DNA of 64,000 nucleotides from Cirrosporium novae-zelandiae (lineage: Eukaryota). The stretch is from NCBI GenBank assembly GCA_026023565.1, contig JAPETS010000001.1, positions 868,001 to 932,000 of the forward strand, in the 5' to 3' direction. Each line of letters begins with the position of its first letter. Within the stretch, counting starts at the first letter, position 1. This document shows positions 1 through 11,648 of this stretch, one piece after another. The notes below the pieces were generated by a model, which searched no databases, had not been told where the DNA came from, and worked only from the letters and a program-made list of their open reading frames with translations. Both the position numbers and the translations under genes were made by a program.

Positions 1-861
1 ACAAAATCATCACCTAGGAAACGGAAATGGTATCTATTTCAATGGATTCGGGGAAAGGTGTATTGGCAATGCGAATGGCCAGACGGCCTCGTGGCGGTAT
101 TGTGCTTTTATCTATCAGCTAAATGGGTAGTTTGCTTGTGAGATTGGATACGTGTGTGTGAATATGCAAGCATGGTGACTTTATTCTATGATCGCTTGAG
201 GGGCTTGTTCGTGTTGTATACGTCAAGGTGCTTGATAGCAGGATTAGGCGAGGAGGATTGAAACAAACCATAGACGCTTTTAGAGGGAATGAACACAATC
301 TATGAGGCATATGCGTTGTCCTTAGGATCCTTTTCTATAAGCGTACTCACACCAGCTTTTTAAAATTTCTCCATTATCCTATAGTTTATATGGCAACTGA
401 CTTTAAACTCTAGAAATAGATATTTCCCCCCTTCACATGTCCGCTCCCCTACTCTTTACATAGTTCAAAGTAGAACGAGTAATGATCATGCATATCATGT
501 ACTTACAATCGTCCAACTTCACAAAATCCAAGTATATAACTTAGCTAGCTCGTCGGTACTCATCCATCCCGCTTACATGTCATATGACCATCCATCATAT
601 CCCTAAGCGTCGCGATCATTCATGAAAATCATAATACTCGTTTTTTATTTTTTCTTCCTTTCATCCGAATAGAAAATAGTGGTTTCCAACGGCTTGGGCT
701 CCTAGACGCCACACAAAAATGCCAATCAATGATATTAAATTGAATTTTTATTTCTTTCTATATTTTCTTCTTCCACCACTCTCTCCCTAGGGCACCAAAT
801 CATCCTCTCTCTTTTGCTCAATGGTATCCAGCTTAGCATGGAGCATACTTAGGCTAGATAG

Positions 862-2891
862 TTATTTGAATTCTGACTTAGGAAAATATCTTGGGCCTGC
901 GAATCCATGGACCATGACGCTCTGGATGTCGATATTGGAGTCGCGAGCTGGGGACCACATTTTTAAGAGAATGAAGCGGGCTGAGCTATACATTCATCCG
1001 TACTGTTAGAGTCATAACTTTTTTGTTTCTCTGATTGGTGGGGTAGAAGCTATTCTATTCAAACTTACAGTGGTGGGTCAAACTTAATGTTAATCATGCT
1101 CTTATCCTTCTCGATAAAGAATCTCGCATTCGGACTCATGACTTCGAGTTCAGTTTTGCTGTTATTGGCGGGATCACTAGGGCCTGAGCCTGAACCCCTC
1201 ATAGGTGGCGCGCTCAACTCAATCCTACTTGGCGTAGAGCGCCTTGAGATGGGAAGGAGACGTGGACGATGAAAGCTCCGTGGGTATTGTTCTTGTTCTT
1301 CTTCGTCGGAGGAGTCGCAATTGGAATCTGGGTCACGACTTGAAGAGGCAGTAACTGTTACTTGGACTTGTGGGGTTGGGTCTGGGGGTAGATTTCGGTG
1401 GACGGTTGCGGTTGGGAGGCGCCGGCTCCGGCGTACTCTGTGGATAGGGTGTTGAGACGGAGGGTCGCCTTCCGGATCGGAGTCGGAAGAAGTAGATTTA
1501 TCATCATCGTCATCCTCGCGGGCATCGCCATCCGAGTCCGAGGTATGACCGTATAGCTCGTACGGGTCGTATGGATCAATCATGCGATGGTGGGGAGACT
1601 GTGGATATTGTAAAGTGGTGAGGTCGTAAAGGGGATCGTGATCGGATTCAGATCCAGATTCAGAATCTCTATTCTCGTCGCGGCCATTTTCTCCCTCTCC
1701 CTCTCCTTCTCCTTCGTTGTTGTCGTCCTCGTCCTCGTCAGAGACATATTCATACATATTACCGGAGTTATAGGGAGGCCCCTGGCGGGGCCGTGAGGGA
1801 CGGAGAGTAGAGTGGTTTTGATTGTGACGGGAACATTTTCGTGATTTGCGCGGGGAACTATAATGGATTTCGTAGCGAGCAGTGCGATCGAGGAGTTCAT
1901 CGGAGGTCATGGAGACAAACACCATACCTTCCTGGACACTATAGTAGAGTGTTAGTGTGATGGTATACAAAGATTAGTGCGAAGCACATACGGCGCAGAA
2001 AAATCATCTCGGGGTGCCTTTATAGTGATTTTTGTTATGCAGAAAGTCGTTTCGTCTTGGTGTTGAAGAATCATATTGCATCTGTTGCTCTCGGTACAGT
2101 ACACAGTCGTATCGTCTTTCAACACATTTTCTTTACCATATCTATTTTCCCCACCAGAAGGGTAATCTCCTCCATCACAGTCTTTAATTTCCATTTTAAG
2201 TTTTCCAGGCACAACCTGTCCATAATATCCATATTTGAAGCCTTGGAAGCCTGGCGTTTCGGGAATGTGGTCAAGCTTGCGGCGTTTAGCTCTAGTTCTA
2301 TCTCTTGGGTGATCGGAGGAGACGGCATCAATATAAGGCATGGGATCCGTAAGGAGAACATCAAGCTGGTCATTCTGTTGAGCTAGTCGAGCCTCAGCCT
2401 CTTCAAAGTCACGCATCAAACTATCTCGTCTTCCATCATAAGGACTAAACCGCTGTCGACGTCTAGATGTAGGAGTTGCTATTGGCCGGGAACCGTAGTC
2501 GGCGTATGGGCTGCTGTTGGGATTTGAGCGTGCTGGGTCGCCACCTCGGCGCCGACGACGATTGAGGAGGGCTTGGGAGAATGGTGAATTTTCCATTGAC
2601 CCTCGGGTCCCTCCTCTTTCAGATTCCAGGAGGTCTCGTAAGTTACGTATCCGCGCGGGTATATCAGGCAGGCCTTGGTTATCTGAAGACTCGGCGGTTG
2701 GATGTGAAGATGATGCGGGGGGATAGTCAAAGTTGCCAGATGACTGTAAAGTTAGAATAAAGTCAGCTAACAGCAAAAGAGCGAAATTAGAAAGATCCAT
2801 GGTTTCTATTAGCTTCTCGAGTTGGTTAAGAGAGAGCTTTAATATAGGGTCAACCGACCATGTTGGACAAAGAAAAGGACCGTGGTGGCAT
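862..2891 (-). CDS. Conserved uncharacterised fungal protein (about 4 exons); a beta-rich globular domain split by a long acidic/Ser-rich insertion
   Basis: ORFs 1952-2800 and 1065-1970 join via a GTATGT...CTAAC...TAG intron (FSAP/VQEGMVFV). The last exon SARFILLKMWSP...NIDIQSVMVHGFAGPRYFPKSEFK* follows a GTAAGT intron and stops at 862. The start ATG at 2891 is inferred from a short first exon and an acceptor near 2745. Confidence 0.75.
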
Positions 2892-3302
2892 TGAGCAAAT
2901 TGGTCGGGTATTCTTTCTCCCTTCAGTATGGCAAGTGGCAGGATTGGTAACGTCGGACGGGAATATGTATGTCTCAGCGTCTATGTCCCTTTGGTGTTGA
3001 AGTTATAATGTGTTGATACAACGGGCGTAGAGAGGGACAGGTGGTGGTTTATTAGTTTAATAGAATGAATGCTTTCCCTGGTTCGTGCTGCTGCCCTGGC
3101 GTCTAAATTACGGCTCGGGGCGTCCATACTCTGACTCCCCGCAATTAGGGTTTCTATGTTGGTGGTATCCATCAGTTCCATCAGTGACATCTTAACTTAA
3201 CTTTATCCTACTAACCTTTTCAATCTATATACGATATAAATTATATCAAGCTCCAAAAGAGCTTCCCTTATAAGTTATTATCAACCTTTCATCATTGTCA
3301 TA

Positions 3303-4640
3303 ATGCCAATATCTCAAGACAACCATGCCAATAGTGCCCTCATTCCAATCCAGGAGCCTGATGCTGGACAAACAGTAGCTTCCATGGCAGGAACTGAAGC
3401 TATCAGCGCAGGCGAGAAGCTCGTTTTAGCATTCATTTATATCATACTAATTCAATTTTAGATGAAATAGCTCTTTACGACCGTCAAATCCGTCTCTGGG
3501 GCGTCAAAGCACAAGAAAAGTGAGTATCACAAGCCTCTACTCTGTCTAGCTTCCAGGACTAATCAATTCCTCTGATAGACTTCGTTCAGCCAAAATTCTC
3601 TTAATTACAATCAAAGCCCTGGCAAATGAGGTTGCAAAGAACTTAGTCCTAGCTGGAATTGGATCTCTCACTATTCTCGATCATGAGGTTGTCACGGAAG
3701 ATGACCTCTGCTCTCAATTCCTCATCTCTGAGAAGGATATCGGAATAAATGTACGATCACCTCTTTTTTCCTCCGTATTGTCGTGCTGACCTCCTCTCAG
3801 CGCGCCCAGGCTGCCTCCACTGCCCTCCAGAACCTCAACCCCCGGGTTAAACTATATGTCGACCCGTCCCCCATTGCAAACAAACCCCCCAACTTTGTCT
3901 CCAACTTCGATCTCGTAATTGCCACTGAACTTGACATTGAAACATTTTCCACTATCAATGCCGCTTGCCGTATTGCTGGAAAGCCCTTCTATTGTGCCGC
4001 TTCCCATGGCTTCTATGGTTTCATATTTGCGGACCTAATCCAACATGACTACGTCATTGAGCGGGAAAAATCCAATATCCCCACAGAGATGAAGGCTGAA
4101 ACGGTCACACGTTCCATCATTGGCATAACAACCAAGAAAGAAAACAACAAAATCATTGAACTCGTAACGAAGAGAGAAATCTATTCCCCCATAATCCTTG
4201 CGAACACTTCTCCTCTCCCTTTGGAATTTGTCAAGTCTCGCCGCAAGCGCTTACAAGTCCCGCCCCTCCTCTCTTGTCTCCGCGCCCTCTTTGACTTTCA
4301 AAAGCTTACACCCACCCACGCCCTCCCCTCCCACACCCCACACGACCTCCAAACCTTCACTAAGCTTGCGACTGAGAAGCACGGAGAATTACAGCTCCCA
4401 TCCGAGACTCTACGCTCCGAATTCCTGCGTTCGTTCCTCCAAAATTTAGGGTCCGAACTGGCTCCGGTAACAGCGTTCCTCGGTGGAACCTTGGCGCAAG
4501 ATGTCATCAATGTGCTTGGTGGGAGGGAACAACCGTTGCAGAACTGGCTCTTCTTCGATGGGGAAGATGCAAAGGGACCGATCTATGCGCTACATCCAAT
4601 TTGGGTGGAAGGACATCCGGGAACTGGGGCTGTGGTATAA
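3303..4640 (+). CDS. AOS1: SUMO-activating enzyme E1 subunit Aos1/Rad31 (ThiF family), 4 exons
   Basis: Spliced ISADEIALYDRQIRLWGVKAQEK, then LANEVAKNLVLAGIGSLTILD, GFYGFIFADL and ELAPVTAFLGGTLAQDVINVL. Confidence 0.93.
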
Positions 4641-5149
4641 AATCAGTATGAACAAAGAAATTAACACAGCATGGAATAGGCGTTTGGGGAAATACAACTT
4701 CTCGGGGCGAGAACCGAACAGCAGCGAGATTGCTGGAATGGATCGTCTAGATCACTGTATATGGGAATAGGATATACCATGGGATGCAGATGGATGCGGC
4801 AGGAATGGATCAAAAGTGGAAATAACCATATTTTGGGGTGTGCTCGATATTATTTCAGTAGGTGCATATAGCTGCCTAGGAATGAAATAGAGAAGCAATT
4901 ACTCAACATCTGGCTTTCGCATACCAGAACTTCTGATCAAGGTGGAGGATAGAATATCAACCGACCTCTGAGGAAGGCAAACCAGTTTAACCTACTTTGA
5001 GCTCAACCCCCCTACTTTGCTTCTTTATCTATTAAAAGCAAGTCAACACTCTTACCATCTAAGTCAAAGGGACACGGTAATTCGCTAACTCGAGCGGATA
5101 CCCAGTGTTTGGCTATATATAACCTAATTACACCGTAATATTATGTTTA

Positions 5150-7100
5150 TATTTCTTTCGGAGACAAGAAAAAGAAGGCCTTTTCTGAATGTCTAACGGG
5201 TCATCATCAACTGAATTTCCTTCTTCTTCTTCTAGGTAAAATAAAACAGGGTAGCCTTTTGCAAACCAGGGGTTATTTATTTGTGAATATATACTTGCTG
5301 GTGAAAATTAGGTTCCAGGTCGGGTTCTTGTTCTATACAATATCTATGGGAGAAGAGAGGGTCTAAGTACTGGCAGGCAGGAATCCAAGAATCCAAGCCA
5401 CTGTAAGTGACTACCTAGTTATATAGTAGGAAATAATTAGTATATTATCTAGAATGAATTCTAGAATAGATATATTTTGAAATAGTAATCCCTCTTTTTT
5501 TTACATATGTGCATGTGGAAGAGGAAAACCAGGTAATAAAATGCATTTCAGTAATTACATACGCACACATAATCTAACCCTTTAAAAAATACTTATAAAG
5601 CCACTGGTGGGGTTTTTTTTGTCCTGTACCTCCGCAATCTATTTACCTTATAGATATACCTTCCGTAACCTTTCATCAACCAACCTATTACTGACCACCA
5701 CTCATGGTTGAACCGGACCGTACAGTTAGGAATAATCTGTTTCTTGGTTTTCTCTTTGACACAGGTATTGTTTGTGATAAATTATTAATAGTTCAAGTTA
5801 CTATTGTAGTTATGTTTTCTATATTGTGACATCCTCTTTTTTTTTTCACTCCAAGAAAGCTGGATTCAAGACACATGGAATCTTTTTGTTGCCTATCAAG
5901 CCTAACTTTTGTAGAAATCTTAGTAGGAAAATTCCCTAATGTTATATTTCATGCATTTCCTTCACTTACAGGCGTATTTTGGATTGCTCTTTGATAGTAA
6001 GATAATAGCTCGGGTTGAATGAAATCGGGAGAGGGGATATATTCTGGACCCGACCCGAGCCATATTTTAAAGGCGGATGGTATTTCCACAGAGCAACTTT
6101 ACCTTCCTCAGTAGCAGAGATTGTTAATATCTGATGATGAATGGGACTACAACTGTAGAGTGATATTTTTCGCTGATCCGCTATACCATGATTAACTATA
6201 TTTGACCAACCCCGTACTATTCACTCCCAGGCAATGATACTCCAATAACCTTGATGAAGGCGTCTACCCATATAAGCATATGACCCCTTCGTCTCAGGTT
6301 GCTGCTGAAGCTATACTTTACCATACATAGTCCAACACGGTTATAAATAGGTAATAGGTTCCTGATCCTCTTTTCCTTTGCTCTCTCTGCCACAGTAGAC
6401 ATCATTCTCTAGATAAGGATGAATATTGCACTATATGTTATTAAGGCTGTCAAAAATTAGCCATATCAGTAGCAATCTTTCCTCTTCATTCCGATCTATC
6501 AATACAATATCGCCCCCCTTCAACAATGGGATATCCATCTCTCGGATGAGCCAAATAAGAGATCTTTCTGTGTTCCAGCACTGGGAACTGGATCACTATT
6601 TTTGAATATCGGCGTAAATTTTGATAATTGTGATCGTCACTGCAACTATGATACTTTCATATCTTGCCTGGTCCTTATCCTCTTTCTAGATTTCCCCAGT
6701 TGATAATTCGATTCGGCTCACGCATTCTTCCCAAACAAGATGGGCGAGCTCGATACACAGCCAGAGTTCTTTGTCTCCCTGGAGCAGTTGCCACCACTCT
6801 CAAGCGTCCTTTCCTGGCTCAATGAGGGGATACTGACTGGTGATATGGGCACAAGGAGATAATCTGAAGCATAGGCAATTTATCCTAGTTATTAAATAAA
6901 TCTTCAAAATTTTTCGATTACTACTTTGAACGATCCATAGCCCATATTGTAACATCGTCTTTTTTTGATACCTCTTCAATCAATATTGCTTCAAGTTCAC
7001 ACTATTGCTGGAGTTCTCTGGCTTAACAATCGGCTTGTCGAACAGTCTAGGTTGTTGCAGAAACGGAATTGCTCCTGTCAACCTACGAAAGATGGGCTAA
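5150..7100 (-). pseudogene. Possible decayed protein gene of unknown identity
   Basis: The minus strand has long protein-like frames broken by sporadic stops (e.g. IAYASDYLLVPISPVSIPSLSQERT...KNA*AESNY; GSGPEYIPSPDFIQPELLSYYQRAIQNTP). No family recognised; boundaries approximate. Confidence 0.3.
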
Positions 7101-7527
7101 CTCTAGTCCATAGTAGGTTTTAACGAATAAAACGAGTGTTCGTTCAAATTTCATTGTCTGAGTATATGAAACTCCTCAATTTTTTCTAATTGGAAGAATG
7201 TTGAAGAGGTCAGTCGGTTATACAACTCAGCTAAATCCAACCTAACCTCAAAAAATGAGCTCAGATATAAAACACTTCACCTTTGTTCTACTTCACTTCT
7301 TTTTTTCTTCTTTATCGAAGTGCCCGAGCTTTATATATATCAATGAGGATTCGTCCGAGATTGCGCTTTTGCTAGTTGAAAACTATTCACCGACCAACTC
7401 GTCCATGGTCCTTTTGTTGACCAGGACAGAATTTTGCTCCTGGAGGGTGATCGCAAAGAAGAAAGGAGGGGTTCTTAAGCGTCTACAACGTTACTTTGTA
7501 AAAATAAAAATAAACTCGTGTCACCTA

Positions 7528-8264
7528 CTGTCGGGGTTCAGAAGTTTATATCTCCAACAATAAACCTTATTTCCCCACTGTTCACCACTCTTAGTAAATT
7601 AATAATAATTCAACACAACCATATTAAAAATACAAGTCACTATTATATATAATTTTATTATTTATTTCTAAGCCTGTTTCTTCTTTAAATTTACGATACG
7701 TAATCTTTAGATTTCGTTTAATAATCAATAGAACGTGTCGTTTATCGCGAATCAAATATATTTTAAGGCGATCGAATCGAGGTCGGAAAATATCTCTTAA
7801 ACTGGCTTTTAATATCGCACGCTTATAGACTAGAGGTGTTATATAAGGATTATAATAGGTTAGATAACTACTTTTAGGTAGAGTTAAGCATCAAGTTCTT
7901 TGATGAATAACATTGAGCCTCAAGATCCTATCATTGGACTAATTGAGCCCCCAGTTTGAACCCCCTGCAAGAGATAATTATCGCGTTCGAGGTTACGACG
8001 AAGAGTAGATTTGACCGTGTTAATATTGACGCCGAGAACCTCGGCAATTTTAGGGGTGGAAACACCTATTTTTCGAGCCCCCATGATTTCTGTTCGTTGG
8101 ATAGGTGTAAGTTCATGTCTGCAAAGAATATCCTGGACAGGAATTAGTTCAGAATTAGATGGTGGTATAGTATAATAAAGAGCTGAAGTTTAGGTAGGTT
8201 AGTGGTAGAAGACGCGTCAGTCATTTTGGTGGTGTCGGAGATACAAACTTCTAACCCCCGACAG
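7528..8264 (-). mobile_element. Internally deleted Tc1/mariner-like DNA transposon, degenerate
   Basis: About 32-bp TIRs (CTGTCGGGGTTCAGAAGTTTATATCTCCAACA vs rc CTGTCGGGGGTTAGAAGTTTGTATCTCCGACA) flanked by TA on both sides. Minus-strand remnants HELTPIQRTEIMGARKIGVSTPKIAEVLGVNINTVKSTLRR and RPRFDRLKIYLIRDKRHVLLIIKRNLKITYRKFKEETGL resemble the paired HTH region of Tc1 transposases. No DDE domain. Confidence 0.85.
7793..7974. mobile_element. Small TIR element (MITE-like) nested in the Tc1-like transposase remnant
   Basis: 182-bp insert with ends TA-TCTCTT...AAGAGA-TA plus AAACTGG/CCAGTTT subterminal inverted motifs. It interrupts the transposase between RDNY and FRPR. Confidence 0.6.
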
Positions 8265-8366
8265 TAGTCTTATGTTTTGCTACAAGACTATTCATTTTTA
8301 GAAATATTTGATGTTGATCTGGAAGTACGTTCTGAAGGTAATTGAAACGACAATTTGGAAGGGATA

Positions 8367-9721
8367 GAATCGCGACCCTCGAAGTGTGACGGCCGGATTA
8401 TTGTGCCACCTTTAAGCGAGCCTCACCAAGCCTCCCAAACCTCGACCATTTCTACAACGTCTTATATTCCTAGAGTCATATACTATTCTAATTCAAATTG
8501 CAATATACAATGTCAATTAAATGGCTCCGAAAAAGCATTTGTCAATTTTTTAGCCCTCCCCCTAATTTTATTTTTAGTATTCTAGCGGTTTTATATTTCC
8601 TAAAAAGCTTTCCCGCTTTGTTCCGCTTGCAATTTCTTCTTCGATTCTTCCACTATGATTTTATTTGCAAATCTCGTGTTAGGGTCGACCCTAACCCTAA
8701 TACGTTTTGTATTTTGCAATTTATTCAATTTCTCCGTCTGGGTAGCTAATTTGACTATTTTTAAAGCTTCCTTTCCAATAGTCGTTTGGTGTAACGGCGT
8801 GCCAAGCATATGCGCTTCGTAGGCGCATAGGCGAGGCTTGGCGTGTGGCCAAACCTTTATGTAGGAGAACGCTGCTTGATTCATCAAGGCAGCGTTCGAC
8901 TTTTGTATCTACAGAAGGAGCACTTCGAAAGCTATCATCATTACTTGCGTCTTGCATGCGAATAGCACGTTATACCTATTAGTTATATATTCTATTGCCC
9001 CACTAGTCTACCACACTGCCTGTACTAAGCGCTGCCTTCACAAACACTATACGATTGTTGCAAACCCCCATTGCAATCCCTGTTTCATCCATATTCCATA
9101 TATTGCAAGGTCGAACATTGTATCGAATTTGAAGGCTTCGAAATCGATTTTGGAAAGCAATAACGACATCTCGAGTTAACGCATGGATACGAAGGGTTTC
9201 GATTTTCAAGCCTAGCTTAGACTTGACTTCAGGGTGGCGTCGTAAGAAACGTGTTATCCAGCGATTTCTTAATATATCGTTGTCTTTGTAGGACGTGCTA
9301 TTCAATTTAACCATAATAGTCACCAATCGCTTAAAAAAAGTATAAGTAGATGTATGACCGCATCTATTAAAATTAATTATCCATTCAGATATTATATTTT
9401 CTTGAACAGGGGTCACAATTTGTTGATGTTCATGAATTTGATGTCGGTTAAGACCTCCATATAAGCGACGAATAAAAGTCATACGATTCACTCCATAAGC
9501 TTTTGCGCAAGCTCGGAATGAAGTAAAAAGCCCCCGGTTCCATTCAGAAATTGTATTTTGAATCGAAAATTCATCAAATTGAGGCATTTTAGGCTTTGTG
9601 GGGGGGAATGGGGGGAATAGAGGTGGTGGTGAAATTGGTAAGTGAGGTGGGTGAAGGTAAATTGAGGCTCGCTTAAAGGTGGCACAATAACCCGGCCGTC
9701 ACACTTCGAGGGTCGCGATGC
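8367..9721 (-). mobile_element. pogo/Fot1-family DNA transposon, non-autonomous deletion derivative
   Basis: About 58-bp TIRs (GAATCGCGACCCTCGAAGTGTGACGGCCGG...GAGCCTCA) with TA flanks. ORF 9587-9043 encodes HTH/CENP-B-like domains and WNMDETG, the first DDE_1 motif. The C-terminal remnant KRIRVRVDPNTRF lies at about 8790-8490. Most of the catalytic domain is missing. Confidence 0.92.
8790..9042 (+). mobile_element. Probable solo LTR (Gypsy-like) at the deletion junction of the pogo element
   Basis: 253-bp segment starts TGTAACGG and ends CCTTCACA (TGT...ACA termini) with an internal TATATA. Transposase similarity stops at both ends. Flanks TTTGG/AACAC are not a TSD. Confidence 0.6.
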
Positions 9722-10301
9722 TAATCCTTACAAAGACCCTAAAATCCTAAAATCTTACTATACATCCATCAACTATATTTTCACGGTCCCATCATCCTCG
9801 GAGCTACGAGGAAGTATCGCCCACTTATATTGCGGACTTCTAGCGGACTTCCGCAACAATGTTCGCAAGTGTGCTCACTCTACTATCACCCGAAGGAGCC
9901 GATCACCTTCGGTATATACATGTTAAATGAACTAAAAATAATGATGCGGGCTTCAAAAAGACAATTCAGTTTGAAACTAATCAGCGGACCACCTTAAGGT
10001 GTTCAGTTGGATGCGAGCGCGAAGCGGAAGGTGGGGTTTGTAAGCCTGAGCCCTTGTATGTCCGCGATGGTGATACTCATTTAGGGCATTTGGGCAAGGG
10101 AAGCCAGGCTGACATGTAGCGGGATAGATAATATTCGTTACTTTAAAATGTCGGCCTTGCCCCTCGGTCGTTCACGATTACAATTACAATATACAAATAC
10201 ATACCAATTCAAATCATAATACCTAGGACCCTTTATCTCCAAATACATACATATACATCCCCAGTTTTTTTTACACATCCGAATCCAAATCCAAATCCAC
10301 A

Positions 10302-11155
10302 ATGGCTACTACCGAACTTGCCATTCCATCCCTAAAGCGGGACGCCGAAAGTATTGCGCAAATTGAACAGACACTCGTCCCAAACGTCGCAAAAACATTC
10401 AAGGAGCCCATCCCCAATCTCCTCGCGGCTTTTCTAGGCCGTATCATTTTCGAGGATGAGAAAGACGTCAGGGGGGATTCGAGATTTTCTATGGTACTTA
10501 GTAAGTAGAACCTCGAATTCACTTGCTATTTCCTTCCTTTTTCATTCCTTGCATTTCGAGATGGGGGAGGGAAATAGATGACTAATGGGGGGCGGGGGAG
10601 CGTTATTCTATACAGAATGGCCAAACTTAGAAGCCTTCAAGTCCTTCCTCGATACTTCGGCCTTTATGGAATTCAAATCCGCAATCATGCCCCTAGTCAA
10701 TGAGGTCAAGCTCCCGCAGATCTATACCACGGATGTGGGGCCCATTGCTGTCGCTGAAGCAGTATTGACGGAGTTCGTGCGCGTGGAAGTCGGTGAGGAT
10801 GGTGAAAACAAAAAGATAGCTGAAGAAAAGTGGAGTGTGTTCTGTGACGCGGTGAAGGCTGTGACGGGTAAGGTGCTGAGTGGGATGAGTGTGAACGTTG
10901 AGATAAAGACTTGGATGGGGGTTGTGGGATGGGATAGCGAAGAGGTAAGTTTCCGGTGGTGCCTTTTTATCACATGCCAATCTGAGATGGAAGACGAGGC
11001 TGTTTGGTAACTATGGGCATTCGCGAAGCTGACTTTACAACATGTAGTCCCGCCAACATACATTCAGTGACTCTAAAGTCCAGCATGGATTGAAGGAGTT
11101 GCTAGAAGTGGGCAACTCCTCTGACCTCGTGATTGACTTCCAGAGGCTCCAGTAA
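10302..11155 (+). CDS. Hypothetical protein, possibly tandem dimeric alpha-beta barrel (ABM-like), 3 exons
   Basis: ORFs 10302-10508 and 10585-11010 are linked by GTAAGT introns. Repeated strand-W-x-(N/S)-x-E motifs (VLEWPNLEAF; VVGWDSEE). The last exon ends with TAA at 11155. Confidence 0.65.
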
Positions 11156-11648
11156 AAACAAAAAAGAGATATGCAAGCAGAGAAAAGAAAATCCTCCGCT
11201 TTGTATCATGAAAGATAAAAACTCCACTCAATTACAAGCCATTATGTATAGATATGCGATATAATATGATAAAATGAAACGATTATGGTACTGCGTGGAA
11301 GTCTTACAAACGTCGTTTATGGTGTCTTCAATTTAACATAAAGTCAACTGCAAGCGTAAGAGTGAGGTTGAAAGGCAGATATATCAAAGGTTCGGGAGGC
11401 CCCCAACGGCTAGTCCACCCGATAATTGAAATACTGCTGTTAAGGTGAAACATGGGATGCTAGAAATATACGCTTATGCCTGAGCGAGTGAGTACTATAT
11501 CATTCTGTCATCAAATGAAAAATTTTTTTTGATTGAAGCTCAACAAACTAGTAAACAAGTAGATGGCAAATGAGCATTCAATAATACCGGCAAAACAGTG
11601 CTAAACACTACGAAACTAAACATGAAGTTATAAATAATGCCAAGTACC

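Noticed and set aside
4956..7219. Possible 14-bp TIR pair (ATCAACCGACCTCT / AGAGGTCAGTCGGT) enclosing the decayed gene
   Set aside because: Three mismatches in 14 bp and no clean TSD.
8675..8704. CCCTAACCCTAA telomere-like or telomerase-template-like motif within a palindrome
   Set aside because: It is the antisense of transposase codons RIRVRVDPNTR inside the pogo element.
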